This document shows positions 24,101-39,100 of a DNA stretch of 64,000 bases, piece after piece; position 1 is the first letter of the stretch; every line of letters starts with the position of its first letter. Below the pieces are notes generated by a model, which saw nothing but the letters and a program-made list of their open reading frames with translations, did not search any database and was not told the origin of the DNA. The position numbers and the translations under genes were made by a program. This DNA is from Phoronis australis (Eukaryota; Animalia; Phoronida). Location: assembly GCA_002633005.1 (NCBI GenBank), contig NMRA01000037.1:791311-855310 (forward strand). The letters run 5' to 3'.

Positions 24101-27100
24101 ATGTGGACTAACTGAGCAGGGACACCGATCAACCAACAGACGCCTTAAACTTGCCTTTTTACTCTCGTCGACTTTATCACTACTGGAAACCAATAATTTA
24201 ATTAGGCTAACCAAAAATGATTTTTCGAAATGTGTAGAAGTTATGAGGCACAGAAAAGAAAACAATTACCAAGTCCAAAGGAAAGTTATAGCTCAACAAA
24301 AATGGTACTAGATCACTTCAAATATTGACAAAACATACAGCTCTGGATATGCCACCTAACTTGATACGATAACTTGATATTGCTTAGATACGGTATGTCA
24401 AATAAACACTGTGATTTTGTTGATTTCAAATCTGCACAGAGACAATAACTGCCAAAAAGTCCAACTAATTAAGGACTGGCAAGGCTACTTGTTTAGGTAA
24501 ACAAATAATGTTGAGATTCATTACCTGGAATTGATGTTATTAAAATCCTGTGCACCCTTCTTTAACACTTTGTCAAACTGATTTTTATTCCTACGGTTCG
24601 CCTTCTTGTTCACATCAATGTGAGCATAAATACTCGACTCGTCGCTAGTATTGTTAGTGCTACGGCTGGTCGACCGCACTTGACCATCGCGGACCTCCGC
24701 GTACTCATGAGGGCCACTTCGGGGGGTGCTCTCTAGAATAGAAAGATAGACAGTTTCGTGGATTATTTTATCTCAGTCCGTTCTTTTCAAAAGAAACTGG
24801 TCGATCATTTCATTTAGGTTCTCATATACAAAAACTCGCGTACAAATCAAATCACGGAATCCCACAAAATACACTAAAACATATCAATTAATTGACTTAT
24901 TTCTATAATCCCAACCAATATGCACAAATTAGTCTCTGAACCTAGCACTGAAGAAACAAAGATTCAAGCTTAACAGTTCTAATAACAACATCTTCACTTA
25001 TGAAAGAGAGCCCTTTTTGATGAAAAAATAATTTTACATTTACCTTTAGGAACAGAGTTGTCAAATTGTAAAAACTACATTTCATAGCTGAACATAACTG
25101 GGTTACACAAGACTTAAAATTGAACATCTTCTCTGAGTAAGTCCAATTGTTACGTGATGACCACAGGCTTGTCCACAATGCTAGTTGTGAGTTCAAACTT
25201 GGATTAGAAAAGCCACATGCAAATGGTCTAACCAAAATTCAACAGATAACCAAGAAAACATCTTGGGAGACAAGAATTTGTTTTCTTCCTACAATAACTA
25301 GGACTATCGAGAATAGTTAGTATTATTTCTCAAACGTAATGAATACAAATGAAATTAGCGCTCGTCAGAATAAAACTGCAGTACTGTCACAAAAAAGAGT
25401 TCAAATCTGAACTTTGATTTGTAATGCTACAGTGGGATACCACTGTTGCTATCCAGCTTCACCCAGCAAATCTCGAATATTTGCAGAGCCTCAAATTGCA
25501 ACTTGGAGGATTACTTTCTTTCTGCAAATGTGCAAATTTCAATCATACTGCAACAAGTCGTGTGACTCTCAGAATGGAGAATGCTGTTGAACGCACCAAG
25601 ATACCCCTGCGATAAAAAGCTTTCACAAGAGTTTACAATATATCAGGTGGCTCACCAAAGAATGTCAATGCCCGTCACTTACAACTTTTGAGACCTGGTA
25701 AGCCAAACCCAGAGTTTTATCCATCTCTTGACCAAATCCCTTTGCTGTAATCACTGAAGATTGCACATGGACAGAAAGTAACGCCAATGGATAATTTGAG
25801 GCTACGTAAACACTCAAAGTGTTTTGGATGATCTAGGCTTTATGACTAGCTCTTAAAGCCCAACTTTAACGACATTTTGTTACTTTAGATGTATTAAGCT
25901 AACCAGATAGTCCTAGCAAAGCCTTAGTAAAATAAGAAAACGCGAGTTCAATCACGCAAGTGTAAGCCTGTCAAATGATAAGTGAAGCTGCCTTTTCGTG
26001 CCATGTTGCGAGATCCCAGCACAAACAATAAAAGGTTGTATTGAATAGAACACCATTACTGTGGGTGTTATTCACAGCTGTTTGAATTAAAAGGTGATTC
26101 TCGTGGTGACGTAGACAAAAGCAACCCAATATGCTTACAGCTCGTTACATTTGGCAATTTATGGCACTAGTGGGCTCAGAGCGAGGCTCTTAACATTCCG
26201 TAGAAACCAAATTTGCATGTGTTACTGTTGAAGATAGGCTTTAACCCAATAACATACCCACGACAGAATCATTGTTGTATATGTGGCTATTAATGCTTCT
26301 AGCAGGACTGTTGGCCTTGACTGGGCTGATCGCGGAAGGTTCCAGGTAATCTTCCGGACTGGTGATCTCATCCAGTTCAAAGTCAAGGTCTTGTAAGGCC
26401 TGAAGCTCAGGTGTAGTGTCGTTAGGGGGGACCTCCTGCCGGGGGGTGCTCGACACCAGGACGACGTCCGGGTTTGATGGCCTAAAGACACAGACATATC
26501 TTCAAACAGAGCCAATTCAACTATCATAATGAAGAGATTACTAACATAAGAATGGATTTTTGGTCTTTGGTTTGACAGAGGGATTATTTTTCTAAAAAAG
26601 TAATCCATAATATGATACCAATAATTTATTATTTTGACGATGCATTTTACCTACGTCTACCTGTGAATGACGAATTATCAACCAAAGAGCTGTGGGTTTA
26701 AAACATTACCACATTTATCTGATCTTGAATTATTGTGGAAAGAGCCAGCAACTCTATGTTTGGCCAGCCCTAATTAACTCTGAAGTATGTTCTTAAGTCG
26801 CTGGTGGTTTAGAAGTTTTTGTTGGTAACAGAAATAGAATCCTGTCACAGTAAAGAATATCAAGAAATGGATTTTATGACTGTAAAAGGCCTAATTTCAT
26901 TTTCGTTTTTAAGCCCGCTAAACAGAGCAAAATTCAGCTTTAATTAACTCGGAATTGTAAGCTTGCACAAGCTTCTTGAAAGCCTTCTTATACATACATA
27001 TTCTCTGATAGACCAGAGTGAATAAACTTCCACCGATAAAGTAGAAAATCCCTGCCCAGAAAGTCAATAAATACCACTTACGTCTCAAGATCTTCCTGAC

Positions 27101-30100
27101 AAATGCAAAATGAACAGTGTTACATAAAACGCACCAAAGAATGCAATAGCCAATCACAAGTGATAACTAAAAGTCAAAGGTACATAAATGTATCAAGTTG
27201 TTTACTCCTATAAATAGTACCAACACTGACCTATGTAGTATATTTATTCATTCACCATAAGCCACAAGTGACAATGTGAGATATAACATCTTAACATAAA
27301 ACTTTGTTGCCCCGCTATCTTGTGGTCTAATTTGAAGATACCACTGTAATACAGACTGCAGTGACTTACTCTCTGAACACTACATCACTGTCATGGAAGG
27401 GTCTGATCCTGAGGGGCAACGCCGTGTTGTTGGGCCCCAGGGTATAGGCCGTGTCAGTGGACAGCTCCCCTTCGTATGCATCATTGTTCCGGCCTTCAAA
27501 GTCGTAGAAACCTCGAATGCCAGACTTGGCACTGTTTACGGTGGCTGTATTGATTTCATTGGAATAGAAGTTCCTACAATGATTGGGTTAGAAATGACAA
27601 AAAAACAGCAAATGAAATCTGATACAGAACCACTTTCGACATATGCATCAAAAGTAAAAAATACAACACACACATAAAATTTAATTCAATGTGAGTGTGT
27701 TGTGTCTGGTTTAATCAAGAAAAATTGGACAATGCTACACAAAATCCTTACGCCAATGCCTCATCAATCTGCACCAGCATCTCATGTGAGTTTGAATCGC
27801 ACCTGTACACTCTCACTACTTCCCCTTCCANCCTTCCCCCCCCCCCCCCCTCCCTTCCCTTAGACTTACTGCCTCATGGAGTGCTTTGAGAACTCATCGT
27901 CAGCAGCCAGGCTGAGACTGTCCATCTTGTGGAGGCGACGTTGTTGCACACAGATGATGATGATAAGAATGACCAGCAAGATGAAGCCTGCACAGCCAGC
28001 AGCAATACCTGGTTGAGATGAACTGAGCATGTAATGGCTGAAGTAGGGTAAAACAGGGGATATGGTGGCTGATGTAGGATAAAACAGGGAATGTAATGAC
28101 TGACTTAGGGTAAAACAGAAGACTTGGTGGCTGACACAGGAGAAAACAGCGAATGTAACGTCTGAAGCAGGGTAAAACAGGATGATACAGGAGAAAATGG
28201 AATGCAATGTCTGAAGTCAGGTGAAAGAGAGAACATGGCGGCTGACATAAGAGAAAACAGCAAATGTAGTCTGCAGCACAGCAAAACGAGGGTGTAATGC
28301 GTAGCAGAAGAAGGGTAGAACAGGGAATTTAGTGGATGCAAAACAAAGAATGAAGTGGCAAAGTAAGAGGTCAAAACAAAGACCCATAGTGGCAAAGGAG
28401 TCGGGAAGGTAGCCAGGGGTTAAATTTGGGTGCGCAGTGGCTAAAATAGGAGAAAACAGACCATGAAGTAGGATAAAACCTCAAACACCACCTGGTGTTG
28501 ATATCAAAAACATGACTCTAGCCTACAACACGTCAACTGGACAGGTTGTCATTCAGTATACTTCTACACCTTACTTCCTGCATGATGGCCACTTCCATTA
28601 TCTCTACAAACATTATGTAACTTAACATAAATGTTGATTACTTGAAGAGAAAGCTAACTTTAACTTAAATTGATCAGGTTCAATGCCATCCGCACAATAT
28701 TACAATCTACTCATAGGGACAGTATATACTAACCACCAATAGCACCATCTGAGAGAGCCACTGCCCGCTCGGGCTCAACTGGCTTGGGCATGGCTGGGGT
28801 CTGCACACTGACTGGGGTTGAAAATGAGCCATTACCACCCCTACAAATATACACAGTTGAACACAACACTGTATTTAAAAAAATTCAAGGTAAATGGAAA
28901 AAACAAAATTGGTATGCAATATTGCTGAAAAGGCCATATAAAAAAACTAACAAATAACAACTACAGCATGTCTTTTACCCCAATTTATTCGCCATCTGTT
29001 GGCAGGATTTTGATCTTACCTTATTCCTTTCCACATTATGCTGTTTTGAGATCCATTGCTAATGCTTTAGTGCTATTTGTATGTGTGCCATGCTTATAGT
29101 CTAACATGGTTTATAAGTCACTTTATTACTGACCACACATGCTGGTCACGGATCAGAGTTTATTTGTAATGCGGCAATTTTGTCAATTCTTGCTTCCGCA
29201 TTTACTAATAATAAGATTGTTTAGCGTCTTCTCCCTGGCTGTGTTCATTACAGCTAATTGGTGTAAGTTATGTTTGATATTCACTTCGAGCTTTCACATT
29301 GTTTTTTTGTAATAGAAGGTTTGGCAAGATACGCTGTAATGTGTTTATAATTAGTTTCTATTATTACAGAACTTAAGTATCAAATTGGAAAATGTGTTGT
29401 TATTTTGAAAACAGCTAACTCGTATGTTTGTTCAGATGACTTACACAATGCTTTGTATAGATTTCAGTTGAACCGCGCTATAAGCGACAGAAAAAAAGTA
29501 ATGTGCAAAATAAAACTGCTTGCGATCTTCCTTGCAGCTTTAACGTTTTTCACAACCACAACTAACCCGATACATTTAATTGAAACACTTAAGAACATAT
29601 TCAAAATCTGGAGGCTAAATAAATTGTAGTGGATAGTGCCGGTAATTATGCTAATATGCTTTTCAAAAACCAGAATTTTAATGTATAGCAAGTGCTCACC
29701 TGTTGTAAGAAGCCACCTTCACCAGGTAAGCTGTATTCTGGATCAGCCCCGTGACCAGGTGTGAATTACCGGAGGCTCTCTCCACTGTGTATTGACTAGT
29801 GTTGAGTGGAGCGTGGGCCACCAGGTAACCAACCACACTCTCATTGTACACCAACTGTAAATAGAAAATACGCATTATAAAAGTAATTGCAGGCAGTCTG
29901 GTACACGTGACGGGCCCAATGCACTGATCACCTGGAACCATTTTATGCTTTATTAATATATAGTTAAAACTGAGCCGAGGAGCTAGAAACCTGACTCAAG
30001 GGTCTAGCAGTGTGACCCAGTTGGACTCGAACCCACGACCTCGAGTACAGGAAGTAAACACTTGTCATACTAGGCCACACTGCTTCCTCTGTAATATGGA

Positions 30101-33100
30101 GAGACAATATGGTGGAGAACTGTACAACATTCAAGAACAGAAAATCAAGTGCTTCTTTTGTATGAAACTAAACATGAAAAAATGCTGGAAATGTTCCACT
30201 AGAAATTCAAAATTATAAAACAGTACAATTTCACCGCACAAATAAAAACAACGGAAAAATCGCACGCTCATCGTTCATAGAGTGAAGTTTGCAGGACCTC
30301 TGCAGTTGGCGAATGGACTAATCCCTGCAGAATGTATTATGACGGTCTTAAGTAAAAAACAACAAGAAATGACATTAACGTTTAAAACTGAGCTTTTATA
30401 TTCAAGCAGATAATCTTCTTCTCATGCTCTTCACATAAAATCACTGCAAATAAATTCAACATCTTCAATATCACAAATCTCGACTTACATTCCATTGCAC
30501 CAAGATCTTGTCATGTCCTCTTGGAATGACTCTGACACCAGAGGGTGCTGACTGCGGCTTCCTCTCATACACCTCTACAACCATTTTGACGAAATCACTC
30601 CACGTGCCAGCCTGTGAGTTGCCCGCCCTCAGTTGAACATCGTACAAGGATGAGTAGGCTAACTTGTGGAGTACTACGGCAGTAGTGGTAGACGGCTGCA
30701 CCACAATGGGTGACACGCTGGAGTTGACCTTAGAGTAATACACCTCGTATATGATGAAGGCTGCAAAAGGTTTTATCATTTTATATGAATATGTAGATCT
30801 TAAACCAGCGTGGAAATATAGAATGTACATTTTGAAGTCTGATCTCCACGTCATGTGTTGACCACATCACGTGACCCAAAGATATGGCCACCAGGTGGCG
30901 TGCAGACCAGACTTGAAAATGTTTGAGTTTCATCATTTTACTCCATGAATTATTTTTCAAACTGATAACTCTTGCTTGAGTAACACTTTTAACTTTTATA
31001 ATACTAATAATAATAGTAATAATAGGGATAATAATAATGGCAAAGCTTTGTAAAATACATCAAAATTACTTGCACAAATATAATGTCCTGTGGTTTCTGG
31101 GTTTGTTTGTTGCTGTTCAATGGGTGCTCCTTTTATGCAATATTATCTCATTCAAATCATATCTGGGAAAGAAAAAAGTTAATATCCAATGACACCACAG
31201 AGAATGTTATTAATAACAGCAATATGATTAAAACCTACCAGGGTCCCCATTCATCTCAAGAGGAGCATCCCACGTCACCTCTATATTGTTGCCGTTGACT
31301 GCTGTTTGCACATTCACTGGAACTGATGGAGCTAGAAAGAATAAAAAAAAACAAAAATGAAAACAATGTGATGTCCAAATAACGAGGGTCCCACTAAATA
31401 TGCATTCGTCACGCACTATATTCATCCACACAGTAAATGTTTAACCCATGAAAGCTTTTGACATTATAGACCACGGTGCCAAAAACAACAGACGTCATTT
31501 ACAAAGCGCTCGAGAAAACATTTCGCCAAATGATGACTGACATGTCATTTGGTCATATTTCAGTAAAGCAATTTGAGCAACAAGTTACCAATGTCAGTAG
31601 TAAAGCTTAAGTTATCAATAAGTGACTGTTGACTTTCACAACATACCTCCCTCTTTCGTTCGTACTGTTGTTGCATTGCTATACCCTCCATCACCAATAG
31701 CGTTAACAGCCTTCACTCTGAATGTATACTCTGTGAACGGCTGCAGGTTGTCAAAGGTGTAGATGGAGTAACGGACATTATCCACTGATGTCCACACGCC
31801 AGTGGCAGCCATCTTGTATTGTACGACGTGACTGGTGATCGGAGGAACGATATGTGGGTTGGACCAGGCGAGGGTGACACGTGATGCCTGGGCGTTTGTG
31901 AACGAGAGGCTAGTTGGAGCTGCTGGCACTGTAACAACAATAACAGATGAGTAGGAAAAAGTAAAGAAAAATGCAAAGACTTGGTCTGACACACACTTCT
32001 TGGGACTTACTGGTTATTTCATGGGATAGCTTGTGGCAGGTCCGGAATATTTCACATCATTTACAGTAAGAGAGCACTTCCACATAACTCCCACTCAATG
32101 TGTCTACCGTGTAATTAATAATAAAATGTCAGTCGTCTTCTCACCTGTCAAAGTCTGAGTATCACCTCCATACACATTGGATGCCATGCAGCGGTAGTTA
32201 CTGCTGATATCGGTTTCCTGAACACGAAGAGTTCCATTAGCCAGGACAGAGTGGCCAATAGGTGGCGGTAGGCCATCCTGGATCTCAGTTGGGCCAATGT
32301 AGTACCTGATCTTGGGGGAAGGTGTTCCCTGGGCGAGGCAGTGAATCAACAGGAAGTCCTTCAACCGAATGGCAGAGACTGTGACCAAGGCAGGTACACC
32401 TATTGAGAACAACAATATTAGAAATAATAATGGTAATGATAATGATAACAATAACAATAATAATACAAATAATAATAACAGTAATAATAATGATGACACT
32501 AATAATAATGATGATGATGATAATGACAATAACAACAATAATGATGACTGGTTATTACTGGTCATCATGGTACTGTCCGTGCTGCTAATATATTCAACAT
32601 GCCTTTTGTCCAACTCAACTCTCCAGAAGAGAGTCAACAACAGTTACAACAAGAATAAGATTCTAAACATCATCAGATGCCTGAATGTAACGGATAACAA
32701 CAATGAACATTCATCTTAAGCGAGGGCTTTGAAGTGCACAGTAGCTGAAAATAGTAATCGCTTTTAAAGAACCTCTAAAAAAAATTTGTTTTATTTTCAA
32801 TTGTTTCCATATAAGTGCTTTTAAAAAACTTATATGCAGCAAAAGATAAAAGGATCCATTTTTGAGTGTTTATTGACATTTATAATTTGCTGTGCGTCCT
32901 TGATTTTTATTAACATAAAAAATAAACCGACATTCCAACATGGAATAAATATTTCTGTGACGCAAACATTTACAATCCGTGCTCAACAGTTTCAGATAGC
33001 ATTTCTGTGACGCAAACATTTACAATGCGTGCTCAACAGTTTCAGATAGCATTTCTGTGACGCAAACATTTACAATGCGTGGTCAACAGTTTCAGATAGC

Positions 33101-36100
33101 CCATGGTCAAAAATGACCCAAACTACCTTACCTTCAACATACACCTGGGCAGTACTGTTTACACATCCCATAATATTACAGGCTGTACACGTCCACACAC
33201 CCCAGTGTGTTCTCACAACAGCGCGCGGGATTCTCACGCCATTGCCATTGACAACGTACTCCCCAGAGGTGACTGCACTGCCATCTGGTGTAGTCCACGA
33301 GACTGACGGAATGGGGTCACCTGACGTAGTACAGCTGAGACTGGTGGCATCCCCTACCAGCACCGTGACAGGTGAGGTGATGGTTGAAATTACTGGTGGA
33401 ACTAGACAATGTGAACAGAGTAATAATTACGATATTATAGAATAATCGATAACTAACAGACTACAGTAGAAAGAATAACGAGCCATGATAGAAGGCATCA
33501 ATAAATTTTGCATGATTACATATAACATTTTTGCATAAAACACAGAATAAATAAATAAATATGTTTAGGCAGCCCCAATGAGAATTACAATACATGGAAG
33601 CAACGAAGAACAACAGAAATGGTACAAGACCTAAATGAATCCAAATTACTTGGCCTTCCCAATAACTTGAAGAAAATCTAATTCAAATAGTTTGAGTTGA
33701 GAGTGCTTATGAAGTTAAATTCTCTCATGACTGTGAGAATACATAATTAGAAATGAAGTCTATGATAACTATTTGATTAACATGAACAGTAACTGTTATA
33801 GCAGACGACAGAAAAAGAATGGACACCTGTAGCCAGCAATTCGTCATAAAATCACGTATAAAAAGAATTTAAACAATTGAAATACTTAGACAGCAATGAG
33901 GAAAATGTTCAGCATACCTTGCACATTTAAGTAGGCGTGGCCAGACACACTTGATACGGAGTTGACAGCTCGACACAAATACCAGCCTTCATCATTCTGA
34001 CGCAGCCGCTGCAAGCACAATTATGGTTATCAACAGTGATAATACACACTGTTTCGAAAATGATAGAGATCAGGTAAGTTATTTTATCCAGGTGTGAAAC
34101 TCATTTCGTAACTGCGAAAATTCTTCACTTGTTTTATATGAAATAATTGTCAAAATAATTACTTTTCCATTTTCCGAAGGCAGACTACTTTGCTACAAAT
34201 AATAAAAATTACACCAGAAGTTTCCGACAGCTCTTCAATCTATGCTACACTACCAACAGAGTGAAATTTTCTTAATATTTTTTTTAAAAATTTGGAAATT
34301 TAAAATTCCACTTGTCGGCCATATTTACTGCTAAGTAGACCAAGACTTACCACAACCCCAATACAAGGAAGGGAGACCCAAATTTCTTAACTAAGTTTCC
34401 CTGAACTCTAGTTTCTACCAAAACCAACCGCAGTAAGACCAAAAGTTGAAACATAGGTACACCCTGATCATGAGGTCTTGCACCCCGATCATGAGGACCC
34501 TAAACCACCTTTTAGATGCAGCTCGTTAAACAAAATAATTTTGGTCACTACCATGAAGTCTCATCAATTTAAGACACAATATGGCCAAGAAGTGAATTTT
34601 TATTTTAATTTCTCATTTTTTCAATGAAAGAGAGGCTGCACCAAAGTGTAATGCTTTCCTATATTCAAGGTCTGCACCATAGCAACCGTTAAAATTTTGT
34701 TGGAAAATTGTGGGCATTCACGACAACGTAAGAAGCCTTTTAAAACTGTGGAAAGGACAATTTCAATAATTTCTTTCGTCCGAAATTTGAAAGATTACAC
34801 CGTAGTAGCTATACAAACATTTCAGTTATGTCTGCAACTATAATGTTCAGACACTTTAATTTAACCTCAAGTTTAGTAACTTATGGTTATGCTTGGTTAA
34901 ATCCTATTTTAAATGTTATACAATTATAACTTATAGTTCCCTAAAACCTTTCATTCCTAAGATTACTTAGTTCAACCCCAACAGGCAGGTAACACAGTCT
35001 TGCAACTTGCAAAAGAACAAATTTAGATTTTTTTTAATCTGAACACCTTCAGCACTTACAGTACAGCAACACTAATTACAATACAACATTGTTGATTTAC
35101 CTGAAAGATGAGGTCACCCGTTGACATGACGATGACATTTGACCCTTGATTTGTGATAATCTCCACTCCTTGACTTCCTGAGCTGTCCGACATGTACCAG
35201 TAGAAGAGTGGAGGGTTCCTAGCTTTGGCAGAACATTTCAAAGTGAGGCTCTCACTCAAGTTACCAGTCGAGTTGGCCGGGGCTATCAACCACACTGGCT
35301 GATCTGGAACAAGTGCCAGAAGAAACATGTGAACGCAGCACTAAATGCTTGTGAAAATGAGACATCCACTTACTAGGTTCATTTGCATTGTAAAATTTGC
35401 TGGCCACAAAATCCTGAATAACTCTACTCATCCTAGAAAAATAGAACTACGGTGAATCCTCAATTAGTTCGCACAAAAATAACTGGCAAAATTGTAATTT
35501 TTCATTTTTTTGAAGGCAGGTCACTTTGCAACAAATGACGGAACAATAACCAAATTTCTTACGACACCTACAGAGTACAAACAAGCTAACAACTGACAAC
35601 ATTTATCATTTCATTTCTGTTGAGAAATTTAACAAAATAAAATTTTACTAGTCCACAATAACATGCTCGAAGTAGGTAAAGAATTACTGTAACACAGACA
35701 CATGTATAATTGACTTCTTTGGTTCTTACCAAATGTGTAGAGGTCAGCAGTGACTTCACGCTTGCCAACACTGTTCTCAGCAACGCAGGTGTAGGAGCCC
35801 AACTGAGATGACCTCAGCCCCGTAATATGGATAGTGTTGTTGGAGTAGATATCCATGTTATCCTCTGGAAGTAAAGATCAAACATGAGAAAACACCCGGG
35901 GAACATTCAATGAAAACGTGAGAGAGGTGGCTTCACACAGTAAGTAAAGTAGTTCCATTCAAATTCAAGGACTTCTTTCAACTGATTTAGAGAAGCTTTC
36001 GATGACTGTACATCACGCCCAAAATTGAAAATTCAGAACTTCTGCATCTGTGATTGGCTGCTCCCTGACCTTTGATGGGGATCATTCATTGATCATATAT

Positions 36101-39100
36101 CACAGTCAGCGGATGATCCCAATCCATGGTTAGGCAGCTGTCAATCAGAGGGCAGCTATCTCAACAACAAAAAATACAAAATGATCCTGTTGATCGAGTT
36201 CAACTTGTAACATGCATAATGCTTTAGACCGGGGTTACATATCCGTCAGGGATCAATTAAATTGATCTGTGCTGCTATATTGGAATTGTCTTGTCTGCAG
36301 TGACCACATCATTAAAAGAATTGAACCAGATTCCAGTCCCAACAGAGAATAAAAAAACAGTTCATATTGCTGACAATATATATTAAGCAATGTGTAAAAC
36401 ATGGGGTTGACCTGTTTGGGACTATACAAATTAATCAGAGAAATGTGAAAATGTGAAACAGTTTCTCAGTGAGGATCTGCACTATAATATTATTCCCATT
36501 TGGGTATCATATTTCCGAGACAAGTTCCAACGTTATTTTCCTCCGGACTTAAATAAATATAACCCCCACACAGCCCCTTCCACATATTTATCACACTCAT
36601 TAAAATGAGTGTCTGGGAGAGAGTAGATGGAAAACTCCCAAAGTCTCAAATAATTAGGAACAACCACCTCTAGTGGCAACATCTTGTAAACCCCTGCAGT
36701 TGACATGTTATTCTAATATCGCATTCACATCCATGTTGGCAAGCCTGTGAATATTAATACTATAATCAATTTCCGTAATCACTTTTGTCCTAAATTGGAA
36801 ACCCTTTACCACTACATGTAATAATACAACTAGTGTCAGTGTGTCCCTAAGTCAAACAGAAGGGATTTCTGAGCTCATAATTTTATGCACTGAAAGCCAC
36901 ATGATCAGCAATCACTGTGTTCCATGGCAAAAAGCTGCATGGAGTTATGAGATGGCACATTGCTTGTAATGAAATGGTCAGTAAACAATCATAGCAAGCC
37001 ATATCGGTGGGTTTGTCCTTTTGTTCACATGAAGTCTTGTGAACTGAATCGGTTTCACAACCACAAGCCTTAGACCCCATCATAATTCTATCACACTTCC
37101 TAACAGTCACCCACAGCAACAGGCTTCTTTGGTCTTACCCAGTACAATACGTTGTCCGTTCCTTCTCCATGACACACTGGGGGTAGGATGACCGGTGGCC
37201 ATGCACTCTATCTGGACAACACTGCCAAGAGTGACCATCTGATCTTTAGGCAACAGCTGGAAACTGGGAGGCACTGAAACACAAACATTTCATAATAACA
37301 AGTTCAGACACATATAGGTGGCATACTGCCACAGTTTATCAGGATTGCACCTCCAAGCCGTTAGCAAGACTGTCGTAGTGCCACCCTATGGCTACACCGG
37401 TAACTGAAAAATCATCCGTACTCTCAGGTCAAATCTACTGGGGATCGCTCGCCAAAGGGAAAGGACAGGAAGAGTGTGTAAAGATAAGGTTGGGTAGGGA
37501 AACATGCAGAGATGAGTTCCATCATCGCCAGGTTTTTGATCCACATCTTAAGCTGAGTCGTATACCAAGAGGCAACGTACCAATGGAGTTCACAAGACAT
37601 TCACAATATGGTGCCATGTCAAGGTAACTGAATCTTGGTTTTAGGAAAAGATGGGGGAGGCTAAATGGCATTTCCGTGCTGTGGCCACTAGATAGCTCAA
37701 AAGCTAGTCTAGAACTAGCTATCATCAGAGGGCTGCCTCTTGTTAGCTTAAAGAAAATCCTCCAACATTTGTAGTTCCAGTTGGAGACTGGATGGGGACC
37801 TGTATGTGTGATGGGGGCTGAGACATTCCTGAGGTTACTCCTCATCCATGTGTCAACTTATCCAAGTTTTGGAATTCCTTAAGGTGAATGATGTTGTACT
37901 CTTCACAAGTGTAATAACTCTCCCAGTATTAAACACACCCCTACTATCACCTACACAACACACCACTCACGGGACACTGTCACCTTGACTGTAGCGTGCA
38001 TCACAGCCTACACAACACACCATTCACAGGACATTGTCACCTTGACTGTAGCATGCATCACAGCCTACACAACACACCACTCACGGGACACTGTCACCTT
38101 GACAGTAGCGTGCATCACAGCCTACACAACACACCACTCACGGGACACTGTCACCTTGACTGTAGCGTGCATCACAGCCTACCCAACACACAACTCACCG
38201 GACACTGTCACCTTGACTGTAGCATGTATCACAGTCAACAGATTCCTAGCTTCACATGTGTACTGGCCTTCGTGCATTTTCCTCACAAACGGCAGGACCA
38301 AGCTTCCATTACTGAGCAGCTGTAAGAGACACACCTTGGTACGTAAATGACATGTTGAAGTTGTATACAACAATGATAATACAGACTCTAGAATGATGAA
38401 TCATCTCCAACAGTTAAAACACAAACTACAGATAACAGTTGCAGTAGCCGTTTGAGATTTTATTTTGAAAATGCAAAATGGACCTAGAGACAAGGGGGGC
38501 ACCAACCTTGCTCAGCCATTTTTTGCATTGCTGCCATACAGCAATACCAAGAGCACTCTGTGTGTATAACTGTCAAACATTCTCATGTCACCATCCAGAG
38601 CGTAGATAACTGTGTCACAGAGTTGCTCAAAAACACTATCCATTACATAGCAAAACACAAGTTCAACAGATTCTAAAAGGGATTATTACCGTAAACTTTT
38701 ACATCAAACATCAGTCGAAATATACTTGCATACTGATCTTACAGTGAACTAACTCTAGAAAGGACTGTGTTCCACATATTAGCCAAGTAACTAACCTGAT
38801 ATGAAGACCCGGTCTGTATAGGGAGGCTGTTACCTACTTTGTACCACAGAATTATGGGTAAAGGTCGCCCAGTAGCTTCACAGTTCAATACAATGCGATC
38901 ACCCTCTAATACGGAGTGTGAAACTGGCTCAAGGGTGAAACTGGGAGGTACTGTAACAATACATACATATCAAGCATGAATCTACAACTTGAAAGAAACT
39001 AGCGTTGTGGAGCACCCCCCTAAAGAACCTCATGTGATTCAGTGCATAAGTCTTTACCAGTTTCTATTGATTTGTTTTGTTATTTTTATTTAACAAACTT

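Noticed and set aside
27820-27860. Poly-C tract as a G-quadruplex regulating the TM-exon donor
   Set aside because: It contains an N, so its length and sequence are unreliable.
30010-30080. tRNA gene
   Set aside because: A and B boxes are present, but there is no convincing acceptor stem or anticodon arm and it continues into an A-rich tail; treated as a SINE.
32369-32719. Plus-strand poly-Asn ORF, and the poly-Leu extension of the minus-strand ORF that looks like a TM segment or signal peptide
   Set aside because: Both are translations of an AAT/GAT microsatellite; the real exon starts at the acceptor at 32399.
37985-38350. Plus-strand repetitive ORFs (His/Cys-rich, TVACITAY repeats)
   Set aside because: They are open only because the 57-bp unit is a multiple of 3, and they are antisense to exon 12.
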